A stretch of 63,963 nucleotides of DNA, the filler included, from Octopus bimaculoides (taxonomy: Eukaryota), in the NCBI RefSeq assembly GCF_001194135.2. It is 6 parts of 5 records of this genome, joined end to end, with 100 filler letters (N's around TTAATTAATTAA, not from the genome) between each part and the next. Parts side by side here need not be neighbours in the genome. Positions count along the whole stretch, not along the records: positions 36,330 to 57,581 come from NC_068987.1; positions 57,682 to 62,792 come from NC_068982.1; 4 more parts are not named here. One strand, 5' to 3'. The notes beneath the pieces are model-generated. The model worked only from the letters and a program-made list of their open reading frames with translations, had not been told where the DNA came from and did not search any database. Each line of letters opens with the position of its first letter. The first letter of the stretch is position 1. Of this stretch, positions 49,287 to 62,792 are shown piece by piece. The position numbers were made by a program, and so were the translations under genes.

Positions 49287-49773
49287 ATATATATATATAT
49301 ATATGTATTTGTGTTTGTCTCCTCACCATCGCTTGACAACCAGCATTGGTGTGTTTACATCCCCGTAACTTAGTAGTTTGGTAAAAGAGACCGATAGATT
49401 AAGTACTAGGCTTATAAACAGTAAGTCCTGGGGTTGATTTGTTCGACTAAAGGTGGTGCTCCAGCATGGTCACAGTTAAATGACTGAAACAAGTGAAAGA
49501 ACATATATATNNNNNNNNNNAATGACTGAAACAAGTGAAAGAACATATATATATATATATACATACACACACATACCCATACACACACACACAAACACAT
49601 AAATATACATATATATATATACACTCACATGTATATAAACTTTTTTATTATTTTTAATCAGCAGAAAGTCACAAAAGTAACTCAGGCCCAAGAGTTTCGT
49701 GCATGCATGGCACTTTTCAAATTATGTATTGACTTCTATTTCATTTGCTTGTTCTATCAAGCCTTTGCCAATA

Positions 49774-49774
<1 letters not shown>

Positions 49775-49804
<30 letters not shown>

Positions 49805-49907
49805 CATACATACATACATACATACATACATACATACATACATACATACATACATACATACATACATACATACATACATACATACATACATACATACATA
49901 CATACAT
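49775..49907. repeat. (TACA)n microsatellite
   Basis: About 33 perfect units. Confidence 0.98.
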
Positions 49908-49978
49908 NNNNNNNNNNNNNNNNNNNNNNNNNNNNNNNNNNNNNNNNNNNNNNNNNNNNNNNNNNNNNNNNNNNNNNN

Positions 49979-50021
<43 letters not shown>

Positions 50022-50441
50022 GGCAGCTTGCTGGCAGAATCATTAGCACGCCGGGCAAAATGCTTAGCAGTATTCCATCTGTCCTTACGTTCTGAGTTCA
50101 AATTCTGCCAAGGTTGACTTTGCCTTTCATCCTTTCGGGGTCAATAAATTAAGTACCAGTTGCGTACTGGGGTTGATCTAATTGACTGGTCTGTGTGGCA
50201 TTTGAGTATTACTATATATATATATATATACATACACACACACACACACACACACAGACTCTCACTCACTCTACAAATAGTAGAGTTCAATATAAGGGGT
50301 TATTTTGGAAAAGGATGGATATAGGAAGTAAAAAAGGGAAAAAGAGAATAAGAATAAAAGTGGAAATATATGTAGGATGTTATAGTTGCAGTTCCATTAT
50401 CCAAGGAAGGTGCTGTGTAGAAGGGGGAGTAATGCTTCTTG

Positions 50442-50575
50442 TCCATGGAGGCAAAGTGGCTGAGTCCCTTTCAAGCACTGGGCCTCACAGAGGCAAAGTG
50501 GCTGAGTTCTTTTTGAGCATTGGGCCTCAGGGAGGCAAAGTGGCTGAGTTCCTTTTCAGTGTTGGGCCTCACAAA
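50442..50575 (+). repeat. Three ~40-bp tandem units within family D
   Basis: gaggcaaagtggctgagt..tgggcctca x3. Confidence 0.9.
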
Positions 50576-50879
50576 GGCAATGACCAAGACCTTTGGCATT
50601 ATGTCGTGCTTGAGAAGAAGACCCATCAAGCCAAGCAAAATTGCAATCATGGTAGATACTGGTGTCATGCAAACAGCACCCATTACACTCTGCAAAGTGG
50701 TTGGTGTTAGGAAGGGCATCCAGCCGTAGAAAACCATGCCTTCCAGCTTACTAGCCATGGTCAAACCATCCAACCCATGGACAATGGACAATAAATGATG
50801 ATGATAATGGTGATATATATACGAAAGAGAGAGAAAGAGAGAGAGAGAGAAAAATACATGATAGCTGTCCACTTGTGAC

Positions 50880-51590
50880 CAAGGAAGACCATTGCTGACT
50901 TTCAAGAACATTGTGCGCTCTAGGACTAAGTTATATTTTGCATTTGCAGCTCTGGTGGTGGCTAATGAGCTCTGCTCTTGACAAGCATACATGACTGCTT
51001 TCCCCACTCACTACACTAGCAGTCTGCTGTCGACCAACATGCTTCAATTCTTCATGCAGAATACATACTCTCTTAAAAGTGTTGACCTCCTCCTTAACCA
51101 GTTTCCTCCATCTGTGGCGATGATAGGCACTGCTTTCCCAGTCAGTCTCCTGCATATCACAGGCCCTTAAAGAGGACTCGACACAGTCCTTAAATAGCAG
51201 CCTTGGTTTCTGCCGGGGTCTCTTTCCATTAACAAGTTCCCCATATAGCATCTGTTTAGGGATCCTGCTATCCTTCATTCTAATAAGGAGTCCAGTCCAA
51301 CTTAACCAGTGCTTGTGCACCATTGCCTCAATACTCAAGATATTAGCTGTCTTCAGGACCTGTGCGTCTGTAGTTTTTAAGGTCTAGCCAACATTCAAAA
51401 TGTGTCTCAGACATCTCTGATGAAAGTGTTCAAGGACCCTTACATGACGGTTGTAAAGGGTCCATGTCTCACATGAATAAAGGAACGATGCACGATACAC
51501 AGCAACTTTTGTTTGCTTTGTGATGCCATGCTGGGACCAGACACGAGACTGAAGAGTGGAACTTTCTAGGTGCAATCCCATGGTCATTCA
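50880..51590 (-). mobile_element. RTE (BovB-like) LINE 3' fragment, decayed
   Basis: TKVAVYRASFLYSCETWTLY..LEHFHQRCLRHIL..RMKDSRIPKQMLYGEL..GKRPRQKPRLLFKD..HRHRWRKLV. Confidence 0.88.
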
Positions 51591-52077
51591 TGACTGAAGG
51601 GTCCTTACTAGTTGCAACTCCCAGCACCCAACCCATACCAGTATGACAAAAGGGACATTAAATAATGATGAGACACACACACACTTTCTAATTGACATAT
51701 ATTTACACAAGCAATTCAAGAGCTGATAGTTTCATGTATGGCACTTGATAAGTGTAAGTTTTACCAATTAAAAATAAAAGGAAATAAACATGTATTGAGT
51801 TCTATTTCTCTTGTTCATTTTATCAAACTGATCACTCTCNNNNNNNNNNNNNNNNNNNNNNNNNNNNNNNNNNNNNNNNNNNNNNNNNNNNNNNNNNNNN
51901 NNNNNNNNNNNNNNNNNNNNNNNNNNNNNNNNNNNNNNNNNNNNNNTATATATATACATATACAAATATACATACATATACACATATATATATATATACA
52001 TACATATACACACATACATAATCATGCATATATATATATACACATACATATATATACACATACATACATATATACAT

Positions 52078-52108
<31 letters not shown>

Positions 52109-52141
52109 CATACATACACACACACACACACNNNNNNNNNN

Positions 52142-52179
<38 letters not shown>

Positions 52180-52594
52180 GGGGTATCCCAGTTTTGTTTC
52201 TACTAGAGACATCAGTCACTTTCATAGCAGAAATCTAGTATCTAGTTAATGACAACTGTTTCCGCAGAGTAGGCTGGCATATGTAACATGATTTAAAGAG
52301 ATAATTGTGGAGTGATAGCTTCTCAACTCATTAATCAATATAGCAAAACAAAGAAAGTGTCTGAGAAATATTGGTGCCAAGAAAACTTAGATAATGGTTT
52401 ATTTACTTTAAAGAACAGATAAGCTGCTTCAATAACGAGCAAAGAGATAATACTACTACTGATGGTATAATAATTGATACAAAGCTCGTTAGACAAGTGA
52501 AACTATGAGAAGGAAGGAAGAGGGTGATCCTGCCAGTCTCATGAGAGAGAGGTAAGAAAGTTTAGTAAACAGTAAAACAATATATATGTGTATA

Positions 52595-52633
<39 letters not shown>

Positions 52634-53214
52634 AGGAAGGCAGAGAGAGAGAGAGAGAGAAAATAAAGATGTTTCAAATATATTTTTGTCTAGAATTTCT
52701 TGCATAAACACCATCTCATCAAAAATGCTATGGAGCTGAATAATGTAAACGGTTTTATATACAAGAATCTCTTCTTTTACATGCCGGTAGTAATAAACAA
52801 TCCAAGACTGATTTTTTTTTTTTTTTTTTTTTTTGTGGTTTAAACAAAAAGGATATAGTTACCAAAATTTGGAATGGATAAATAAATGCATTACATAGAA
52901 GATAAATAGAAATCTGCCAGCTGTTGTATTTTTAAACATTGCAACATGTCTTTAATAAATCACTAGGGGGTTATTTAGAAGTAATGAATAGACATTATTG
53001 TAAATGAGGTAAGAGAAAGTTTAAGAGTAATTCAGTGGAATAGGTGAGAGAGAAAACTGATAGTATGGATGAGGTAAGGACAGTGGGAATGATAAAAAAC
53101 TAAAGGTGTGCTATGTGATCCAAGTGAAAAGAACCTGCAGAAGTGGCGTTATCATCAGGTGTTATCTACACTCAGCAGGTTGAATAACAAGGATCTCTTT
53201 TCAGGTTTTTTTCT

Positions 53215-53530
53215 CTGCCATTCTTACATATTTGCTATGTGATAACTTAGTCAAGTCGTAGATGATATCAAGCCAGGTTGTTTTAGGTCTTTCTCTCAAG
53301 TGTTTGCCATTTATCTTTCTCTCAAGTAATAGTCTTTGTATATTTTATGCTCTTACTATTTGACCAAAGTACGTTAGCTTCCTTTTTTTAATAATAGAGT
53401 AATGATCTTTTTGTATTTACTAATTGTAGCACTTCTTTATTAGTTTAATGTTTTGTCCAAGTTATTTTTATCATTCTTCCATATGTCCACATTTCAAAAG
53501 CTTCTAGTTTGTCAGCTAGAAGCCGATATC
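53215..53530 (-). mobile_element. RTE-group LINE fragment, heavily decayed
   Basis: KLEAFEMWTYGRMIKITWT..TNKEVL..RKLTYFG..LLLERKING..RERPKTTW. Confidence 0.7.
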
Positions 53531-54515
53531 TACTAAGGAAGGTATGGAAAGAAATGGTGAAAGCTGATTTCAGAAGGTTGAGTCTTATAAAGATGATAAA
53601 GGACTGCATCACGTGATAAGAAACCATACTGAATTAGAGCTGACCAACTCATGCAAGCATGGAAAAACAGAAGAAAAATGGTGGTAGTGGTGGTGATGGT
53701 ATGATGGATGAGGCTAATGAAAATGTGGCATAAAGCCAACATTTTAAAACTAAAAAAAAATCTTTAAATCCACAGTAAACTAGTGAAATAGTCAATCACA
53801 TCATCATCGTTTAATGTCCGTCTTCCATGCTAGCATTGGTGGAACAGTTTCACAAGAGCCGGCCAGGCCAAAGCCTGCACCAGATTTCTGCAACTGTTTT
53901 GGCAGGATTTTACAGCTGGATGCCCTTCCTAACACCAATATACTATAAATGTTTAACACTTTATTTAATATCAGGGGCCTGTCAGCAGGGAACCCCAATC
54001 CCTATGACACCAAGGTATGATATATGTAAACCTACATTAGTAGACAGAGAACATGTCGTATCTACTGGGGAAATATTTCCTAATAAATTTGTGTTTGGCA
54101 ACTTTTAAAAGATATTGTAGTAAACTATAAAAAACCCGTATGCTGTTTCTAATTGCTGATGCTCTGTGAACTATGAACCAGAACACAAGTAAACGCAAAT
54201 AGTCAGCCAAACAACTCAATATAGACAACACCTGTTAAATTTTATGATAATGTAAAAGCTTCTGTGTATTTTAGCTTTTCTGTTGTGGCACCTGAGACTT
54301 TCCTTTCATTGTACAAGACCACTAGATCACAATATTGATTTAAAATCATTTACAGTTAATCTCCTTTTCCTATCATGCTCTCAGATACCCTCTCATTCCT
54401 CCATCACTATTTTTATCACCCATACTCACCCTTTCTCCTATTCACTGATTTTGCTCACCTTAGTGTTTCAGTTTTAAGCTTGTATGGTTAAACATAGAGC
54501 CATTCAGACATTATA

Positions 54516-54550
<35 letters not shown>

Positions 54551-54713
54551 CATCATCATCGTTTAATGTCCGCCTTCCATGCTAGCATGGGTTGGATGAT
54601 TTGACTGAGGACTGGTGAACCAGATGGCTGCACCAGGCTCCAATCTGATTTGGCAGAGTTTCTACAGCTGGATGCCCTTCCTAACGCCAACCACTCTGAG
54701 AGTGTAGTGGGTG

Positions 54714-54753
<40 letters not shown>

Positions 54754-55409
54754 AGAAAGAGAGAGTCATACAAACATGTCAAATTTACCTAGTTCTCCGT
54801 ATGGACAATATTATGAACAGCCTTAAATGACTTTTGTCCCTTATAGGAGTCTCATCAGGGGTGTCTACATCACTTCACCAATCCCAAAAAAACAAATACC
54901 CTATCTGTTTGCATACACATCAAATCTTGTAGCTTCAGAGAACTGGAGCAACAAATTTGCATACAATAAGTGTTTTACACTTTATTTAATATCAGAGGCC
55001 AGTTAATAAGGATCCCTGTTCAGACAGTCTCAAGCTAAGATATATCAAACTATTTCTAGCCAGTGCCACCAGACTGGTCATTGCCAGTGTTGCCAGACTG
55101 GCTCTCAATGCGCTATAAATTGGTTGGTGATGGGAAGAGCATCCCAGCATAAGAAAATATACCAAACACGGAACATATAGTTTGCAAGCTGCATTGTCTA
55201 AGGAGACAGCAAATCTGAATAAGAACTGATGCAGTTCTCCTCACATGAGATAGTTCTTTAGTAGTGGCATGATAAATTAATTACAGCTAAGGCATCCACA
55301 ACATCAAAGTAGACTAGTTTCTTTTTGTTGCTGCTGTGAGTGTAAGATGATATATACCATGACAACCTGTCCATTTCATGTCAGCACGGAAAAAAAAACA
55401 GATGGATGG

Positions 55410-55829
55410 ATGGTGGGGGCGGTGGTGATGATGATTATGGTGGTGGTGGTAGTGATGGTGATGATGGTGGTGGTTGTGGTGATGACAGTAGTGGTCGTGG
55501 TGATGGTAGTGGTGGTGGTGATGATGGTGGTGGTGGTAGTAATGGTGGTGATGACGGTGGTGGTCATGGTGGTGATGGTCGTCATGATGGTAGTGGTGGT
55601 GGTGATGATGGTGGTGGTGGTGGTAGTGATGGTGATAATGGTGGTGATGACGGTGGTGGTCATGGTGGTGGTGGTAGTGATGATCGTTATGATGGTAGTG
55701 GTGATTATGGTGGTGGTGGTCATCAACATGATGGCAGTTGTGATGATGGTGGTGGTGGTGGTCATGATGGTGGTGATGGCGTGGCAGTGGTGATGATGAT
55801 GGTGATAATGGTAATGGAGATAATGGTGG

Positions 55830-55871
<42 letters not shown>

Positions 55872-55872
55872 C
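55410..55872. repeat. Compound (GGT/GAT/AGT)n trinucleotide tract
   Basis: Degenerate triplet repeat grading into (GAT)n. Confidence 0.95.
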
Positions 55873-56625
55873 GGCAACAGTGCATTGCTAGCTGCTGAAT
55901 TACCGAAAAGTGATATTAGTTCACACATGAAATCTAAATTTTCCAAAGTGTACTATTGCTTCAGTATATGTAGGAATAATTTCAAAAATTGGATTGAGAA
56001 AGCCTACGTAGTAATCCTAACTCAACAAATGGATTTAAAAACACTTTTATATATTACAAGAGAACAGAATGGAAACTTGACAAATTATTTAAAGAACATA
56101 ATGGCTGACTGAATGTAATTTAAGACACAGTTTGACAATATAATCACATCCTGATATTCCGTTTCCTTCCTGTTTCAATTTTCTTTGAAAATTCTTTGTC
56201 GTTTAAAAGACGAAGATATTAAAGAGTTTTTCTAAATAAAATGAAATATTAATAATAATAATTATTATTATTATAACCTGTCACTTGTAATCTTTTTTTT
56301 GGAAGGTGTGTATTCTTTTAGTCTATGTGGACTAAAGTATGGGAACCTAATAATGGTAACGATGATGATGATGATGATGGTGGTGGCGGTGGTGGTGGTG
56401 GTGGTGGTGGTGGTGGAGGTGGTAAGGATGATGAGCATAACTAAGACATGTACAGTGTAATGTAATTATTGGGTATTTGTACAATATTGGTTTCTAACAC
56501 CAGCACATGAGAAGGAACAATTAACTAAAACGAACCCAAGTTTTTGATTACTATTATTTTTTTGCGCAGAATTTATATGTTGAAATCAGCAGGATTTAAG
56601 CTCAGAATGGAAAAGAATGTAACTA

Positions 56626-56808
56626 CTCTTTTACTTGTTTCAGTCATTTGACTGTGGCCATGCTGGAGCACCGCCTTTAGTCGAGCAAATCGACCCCAGG
56701 ACTTATTCTATCAGTCTCTTTGCCGAACCGCTAGGTTACAGGGATGTAAACACACCACCATCAGTTGTCAAGCGATGTTGGGGGACAAACACAAACACAT
56801 ACACACAC

Positions 56809-56868
<60 letters not shown>

Positions 56869-57032
56869 GACAGGCTTCTTTCAGTATCCGTCTACCAAAT
56901 CCACTCACAAGGCTTTGGTCGGCCCGAGGCTATAGTAGAAGACACTTGCCCAAGGTGCCACGCAGTGGGACTGAACCCAGAACCATGTGGTTGGTAAGCA
57001 AGCTACTTACCACACAGCCACTCCTGCGCCTA
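56626..57032 (-). mobile_element. Complete SINE family A copy: tRNA-like head, core, internal (TA)n(CA)n, 3' domain
   Basis: The - strand reads aggcgcaggagtggctgtgtggtaag (A box) ..gggttcagtccca (B box) ..ccttgggcaagtgtcttc.. (TA)n ..gctccagcatggccacagtcaaatgactgaaacaagtaaaag. Confidence 0.92.
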
Positions 57033-57748
57033 TAATACAAATAATACAAATATTCTATGTGGTGCTCTTCCCAATTCTATTATTCACTGTGGTCTGCATC
57101 ATCATCATCATCATCACCACCACCACCACCATCATCAATGTTTTAATATTCACTTTTCCATACTTGCATAAGTCAGATGGAGTTTACTGAAACAGATTTT
57201 CTACGGCTTGATACCCTTCCTGTTGCCAACACATACCTGTTTCCAAGTAAAGTAATATACCCTCGTGGCCAGACATGCTTTTGTATAATTTTGGAAATGG
57301 ATGACATTCAGTTACAACAATTACAAGTTATCAAGGCAAAGTAACACAAACAAATACACACACACAAGACTTTTTCAGCATCATAGGCGCAGGAGTGGCT
57401 CTGTGGTAAGTAGCTTGCTTACCAACCACATGGTTCTGGGTTCAGTCCCACTGTGTGGCACCTTGGGCGAGTGTCTTCTAGTATAGCCTCAGGCCAACCA
57501 ATGCCTTGTGAGTGGATTTGGCAGACGGAAACTGAAAGCAGCCCGTCGTATATATGTATGTGTGTATATATATATATATATNNNNNNNNNNNNNNNNNNN
57601 NNNNNNNNNNNNNNNNNNNNNNNNNTTAATTAATTAANNNNNNNNNNNNNNNNNNNNNNNNNNNNNNNNNNNNNNNNNNNNTATATATATATATACACGC
57701 ACATATATGTGTGTATAGATAGATAGGGAGTGATAGAGAATGCATATG

Positions 57749-57782
<34 letters not shown>

Positions 57783-60700
57783 TATATTAATATAATGGTA
57801 TGCATGCTAATTCCAGATTAGGAATCTCTTAATATACTATTAAAATAAAAGCGCATGTGTCGCAGTGCACAACATTTGCAAAAGATATTTTTCATTATAT
57901 GTAGCTCACATATCATCACTCTAAATTATGGAGTTTCAAACACCGATCGATATTTGATGAATCTTTTCAGGAAAATTTTTTTTCCGAAGACCTTCAATTG
58001 TCTACGCAAACCTGTCACAAATACTTCCTTTTTTTTATATCTCTGAGGTTTACGTTCTGCATTATAAATGTCAATAATTAGATGTTATCAATATTTGTAT
58101 CATCATAAGATATATGTATTTAATGCAGTGAGAAATGGAGATGGGTATCGAGAAAAATTTACAGTTCTGGAACACCATACAAACGTGAAATAACCGTTCC
58201 GATATTTTCTAAATGTTTCACAGTACCTTTAACATTTTGTTTTGCAGACTATTTCAATAACGTATAATAATATATAATGGGTACTGGTACTACATTAGTT
58301 ATATATAATTTATTTATTCAATCAATAATTTGGTATATTTATTTCCTAATTCAATATTGTAAATTGCTTGATACAGTAATAGGAACCAATTTTCAATTTA
58401 AAATTATTTCTTAATAAAGAAGTTAATTACTTTATTCAATAACTGATTAATTTACTATTTTCGTGAGATTAAATATTATTCTCCATCAGAGGATAAAAAG
58501 TAATATTCCAAATAAAAGTACAGCAATTAAGGTAATAAACACTTCGGAAATGAAATTTAGACCTTCTTTAATTTTTATATTACTCTTCTTCATTAATTTA
58601 TTATATTGCTGTGTTCTTAATTTGACAAAACATTAAAGAGAATATTTTGTGTTTGAAATACCTTTTACTTTCATGTAGCTTCGATACTTTTGGTTATTCA
58701 TGTTTCTCTTATTTTGTTTTTAATTATGCGATCAAATCCGAAAAAGAAGAGAATATGGTTGATTTTTAAGAGATGAAATGAAAACAAAATTGGTAAAATC
58801 AAAAGCTTTAAATATCACTAGCCCATTCCTTCCATTCATCAGGACCCATACGGACATAATTATAGTTCTGTAAGGCTATAAATGAAGAAACAAACAGTAT
58901 CAGAGTTACTGAAACCATTATAACGATTGGACCGTGCTGCTACCCTCAATAATGAAAATGGTAATTGCCTCTAATAATTGTTGCATCAGTAGTTGCTATA
59001 ACTCTAGGTCAGACTCGTCCATAAAACAATCCACAGCAACAGATTTTATGACCATTAATTCGTTAACGTTGCTAACCTGAGTGATTTAATATGGCAACCT
59101 TTCTTTTTGCTTTCATTAATCATAACTGAGTGTTTCTTTTATCAACTAGTACTTTTTCAACCATCTCATGTTAGTTTTGTCAAATTCCATTCATAGAAGT
59201 CCTCTTCAAATTTGTGAATTGCGCCAATAAAACTCAATTAAAACATATTCAAGCGAAATGTATCAGCGTTTAAATGTCAGTAGAAAATGTATACAGTTCA
59301 ATTAGCAAACTATAATTACAAGTAAGGTAAATTTTGTTGTCATTAGGAAATATTGTTGTCCTTACAATTACAAATGTTGCAAGGCACAATCCGGAAAAAT
59401 CATTTCCCTGCAATCATTATAATGATAAAAGAAACAGATAAAGATAGGTTATAAAATTAATTTTGCTAGACTTGCGAGTGTTAAATATAAACTCCAATGA
59501 CTATGTGTGGAATGTAGCACTAAACATACTTTTTGTTATCATATATATGTTTTCTACAATTTTGATACTAATTAGGAAACAAATGACAATTTAATTAAAA
59601 TATAAGAAGCAATATTCAAATATAAGAAGTAATATTCAACACGTTCTTACGAACAGAATTGTTACAATAAATTTACTTCGTTTCCGTTCGACAGTTTAAA
59701 TTATGTTTAGAAATTGTATTAACCACAAAGTCACTAAATGTGAAGGATGGGGGTAAGTACACATCACACAAATATTTGGCAGATTATGTCGACTTTCGAA
59801 GATTATAATTAAAGTTGATCGCGGCACTAGATTAATTTTTCTTTTGAGATTAGGTATGTACTAAAGAAAAAATAACAATGATTTGAAAGTTGACAAGATG
59901 TTCAATTAGACACATACACATACACAAAAGCACACACTTATACATATATACGCACATTTCCAATATGCCGGAGGTCAACTTTAGTCCTCGCTACAGCAAA
60001 GTAAATTGGTAGAGATAAAAGTGGAAGAATACACGTTTATTTAAAAATCTGGAAGAAGTCGCGTGTATGATGGTACAATATAAGAATACGTTAATATTAA
60101 ATTTCTAAGTATATTAAATGCATTTAATTCGAGTAGCATAAGTGGAACCTAAACGAAGGTGCCAGGCGTCTTCTGGATTTATTCTTGATGCTTGTTGTTA
60201 GAGGTTGTCAATGACATGAATCTATTTCCTAATCCACCGATCCTTTTTTTTCCCGTTTTTCATTGATGAAGTGTTAAAATTATATGTCAATAATTTACTT
60301 TTGTGAATGAACTAACGTGAAAGACGTACACTTATGACAGATTGACAAGATATAATGCAAAGACGTGAAAATTTATGGGAAGAAAATCGCAGTGAACAAG
60401 ATGGCTGATTGATCATGCTGGAGATTGATCATTTGATCATTGAGGCTAACGATGAAGAGCAGTTCTCCGTGCAAAGTCATATACTTTCAGGCATTATTGC
60501 ATTATAGCTGACCCTCTACAGCGATTTCAATGCGCGATGTGAAAATACAGTTATATTTTACAAATTTCTGTGCAATGAGATGTACGATTCTAAGCAAAAA
60601 TTTGTAGAAATTGGCATTTGTTCAAAGAAATATTTTACCTTTAGGACTAGAGAACGCAGGCAGAAAACCTCTCTACAAGATTCAACAAAAAATATCCGGT

Positions 60701-60877
60701 AAATCGTCGGTAAATTGTAACAAAAGATACGAGAAGAGCAATACCTCACGTAAAGATGGGGGGCAATTATGCTCCTCATAGTAGACAAAGATTTGGGGTT
60801 CAATAAGAAGCCTAATTAAACCGGTTACAGAATCAAAACCGTGTAATGGATGAATAATAATAGCAACAACAGCGATG

Positions 60878-60879
<2 letters not shown>

Positions 60880-60968
<89 letters not shown>
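60880..60968. repeat. (AAT)n microsatellite
   Basis: About 29 units. Confidence 0.98.
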
Positions 60969-60971
<3 letters not shown>

Positions 60972-61597
60972 TATAGCCCTTATTTAGTAGTGTTGATTTT
61001 AAATGCGATGCAATTGATTTTTCTGGAGTATGAATTATATTCCAAAGTATTCTGCAACTTCAAATTAATGATGCGTATATGTATAAGTACATATTATTTT
61101 TGTATACAATTATTTATTTTTCTCAAAAAGTTTCCTCATACTTAAATGAAGCAAAAACAAATATTATTGTAGCCTGGCAATTCCTTTTGTAAATTATAGT
61201 TCATTTCTTTCGAGACAGCGTTAATCTCTTTGAATACGAAATTCAGTGTAATCTTTCTGGTCAATAAATTCCTTATATTAATGCCAATGTGATCTTTTAA
61301 CACATTGACTCGTTACGCTTCCAACACAATGTACAGACACAGATCTGCATACCCATGTGTATATGTATATGCACCATTTGTGTGTGTAAGTGCGTCGCTT
61401 AGTTGTTAGTGTTGTGCTCCTCATCGCAAGAATGCCTTTTGTTCTTAGTTAAAAGTCTTCAGTTCACATTGCTCTATTCCACTCAGCCGGTGAAAATAAG
61501 TAATGGTTTGCCGGATCGGCGTCCCGTCCAGTGGAGGGGGTGGTATGTTCGCCACGGAAGCTATATACACATTCATACATATATATATCTATATATG

Positions 61598-61667
<70 letters not shown>

Positions 61668-62063
61668 ATAAAAATATTTTTCAAAAAGAAAATAGAAACT
61701 ACACGTGGAAAGGTTATGGAAAAAGAAAGAAGAAAATGCACATTGGATATCAAAGTCATACCGGTTTCGTCAATTACTGTTCACTGGCTTTGAATGCGCA
61801 CTGATTACTAAACGGTGTTGGGTCCACTAGTCCCTGAGTAAAAAGATTATTTGTAACGGAGGTAAGTAGTTGTGGATGTGGTGCAGTTAGGGTATATACA
61901 ATACTGTAATATGAGTGGTGTATGGGATATATAGGAGTTAGTGGTATTATTGGTAAGGTTACTAGTGTTCTGTATTATGTTATATGTTCATGTTAAGTTG
62001 TTGATTTAATTTATTGACGGAAGTCATTAATCTATTTATTTACCTATCTATCAATATATATAC

Positions 62064-62102
<39 letters not shown>

Positions 62103-62751
62103 AGAGAGAGAAAGCGGGGAGGAGACAGAGAGCGAGATAGATAGGTAGATAGATAGATACAAAGATAGATATGAGTTAATTCCGACTTCAAGTCTGGACT
62201 CTCTCATATCATGCTCGACCCAAGCACTTTTTTTCATAGTATATGTGAATCTATAATAGTATTTAATGCTTTTACGAATAAATGGTATTTCATGCTTTTC
62301 GTTTTATAAAACTGTCTATTTCATAAGTGCGTGTATGTGTGTCTACGTGTAAACATTTGAGCATTTTTAATACTCTGCATGAAAATTAAATTGTATGATG
62401 TGATGGAATTTTTAGACATGTTTGTAAAATATATTTGAAAAGAATGTTTATTTTCATTATCTTAACTTGAACATTAAATTACCCATTTGACGTACGTTCA
62501 AATACAGTATACAATCTAAATTTCGTTAATCACCTAAAATAGCTATGATTCTGTGACAACCAAAACTTGTGGTTTCGTAACATCACGGGAACCACAGAAA
62601 GACGAAAATAGACACATTATTGTCGTGGGATTTCAATGGTGTTTGGAAAGTTTAATGCGATGTCTAAGTTTAAATTTTCTAAAAATATCCGTTTTTTAGA
62701 ATTATTTTTCTGTTGGGATTTCTACGAAGATTAATTTACTCACCAGAATAT

Positions 62752-62792
<41 letters not shown>

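Noticed and set aside
55314-55946. His-rich, Gly/Asp-rich and Val/Met-rich ORFs of 148-210 aa
   Set aside because: These are translations of a compound (GGT/GAT)n tract open in several frames, with no splice or domain support.
60644-60697. Possible 54-nt + strand exon (TRERRQKTSLQDSTKNIR)
   Set aside because: Moderate splice sites only and no recognisable product; chance level for AT-rich DNA.
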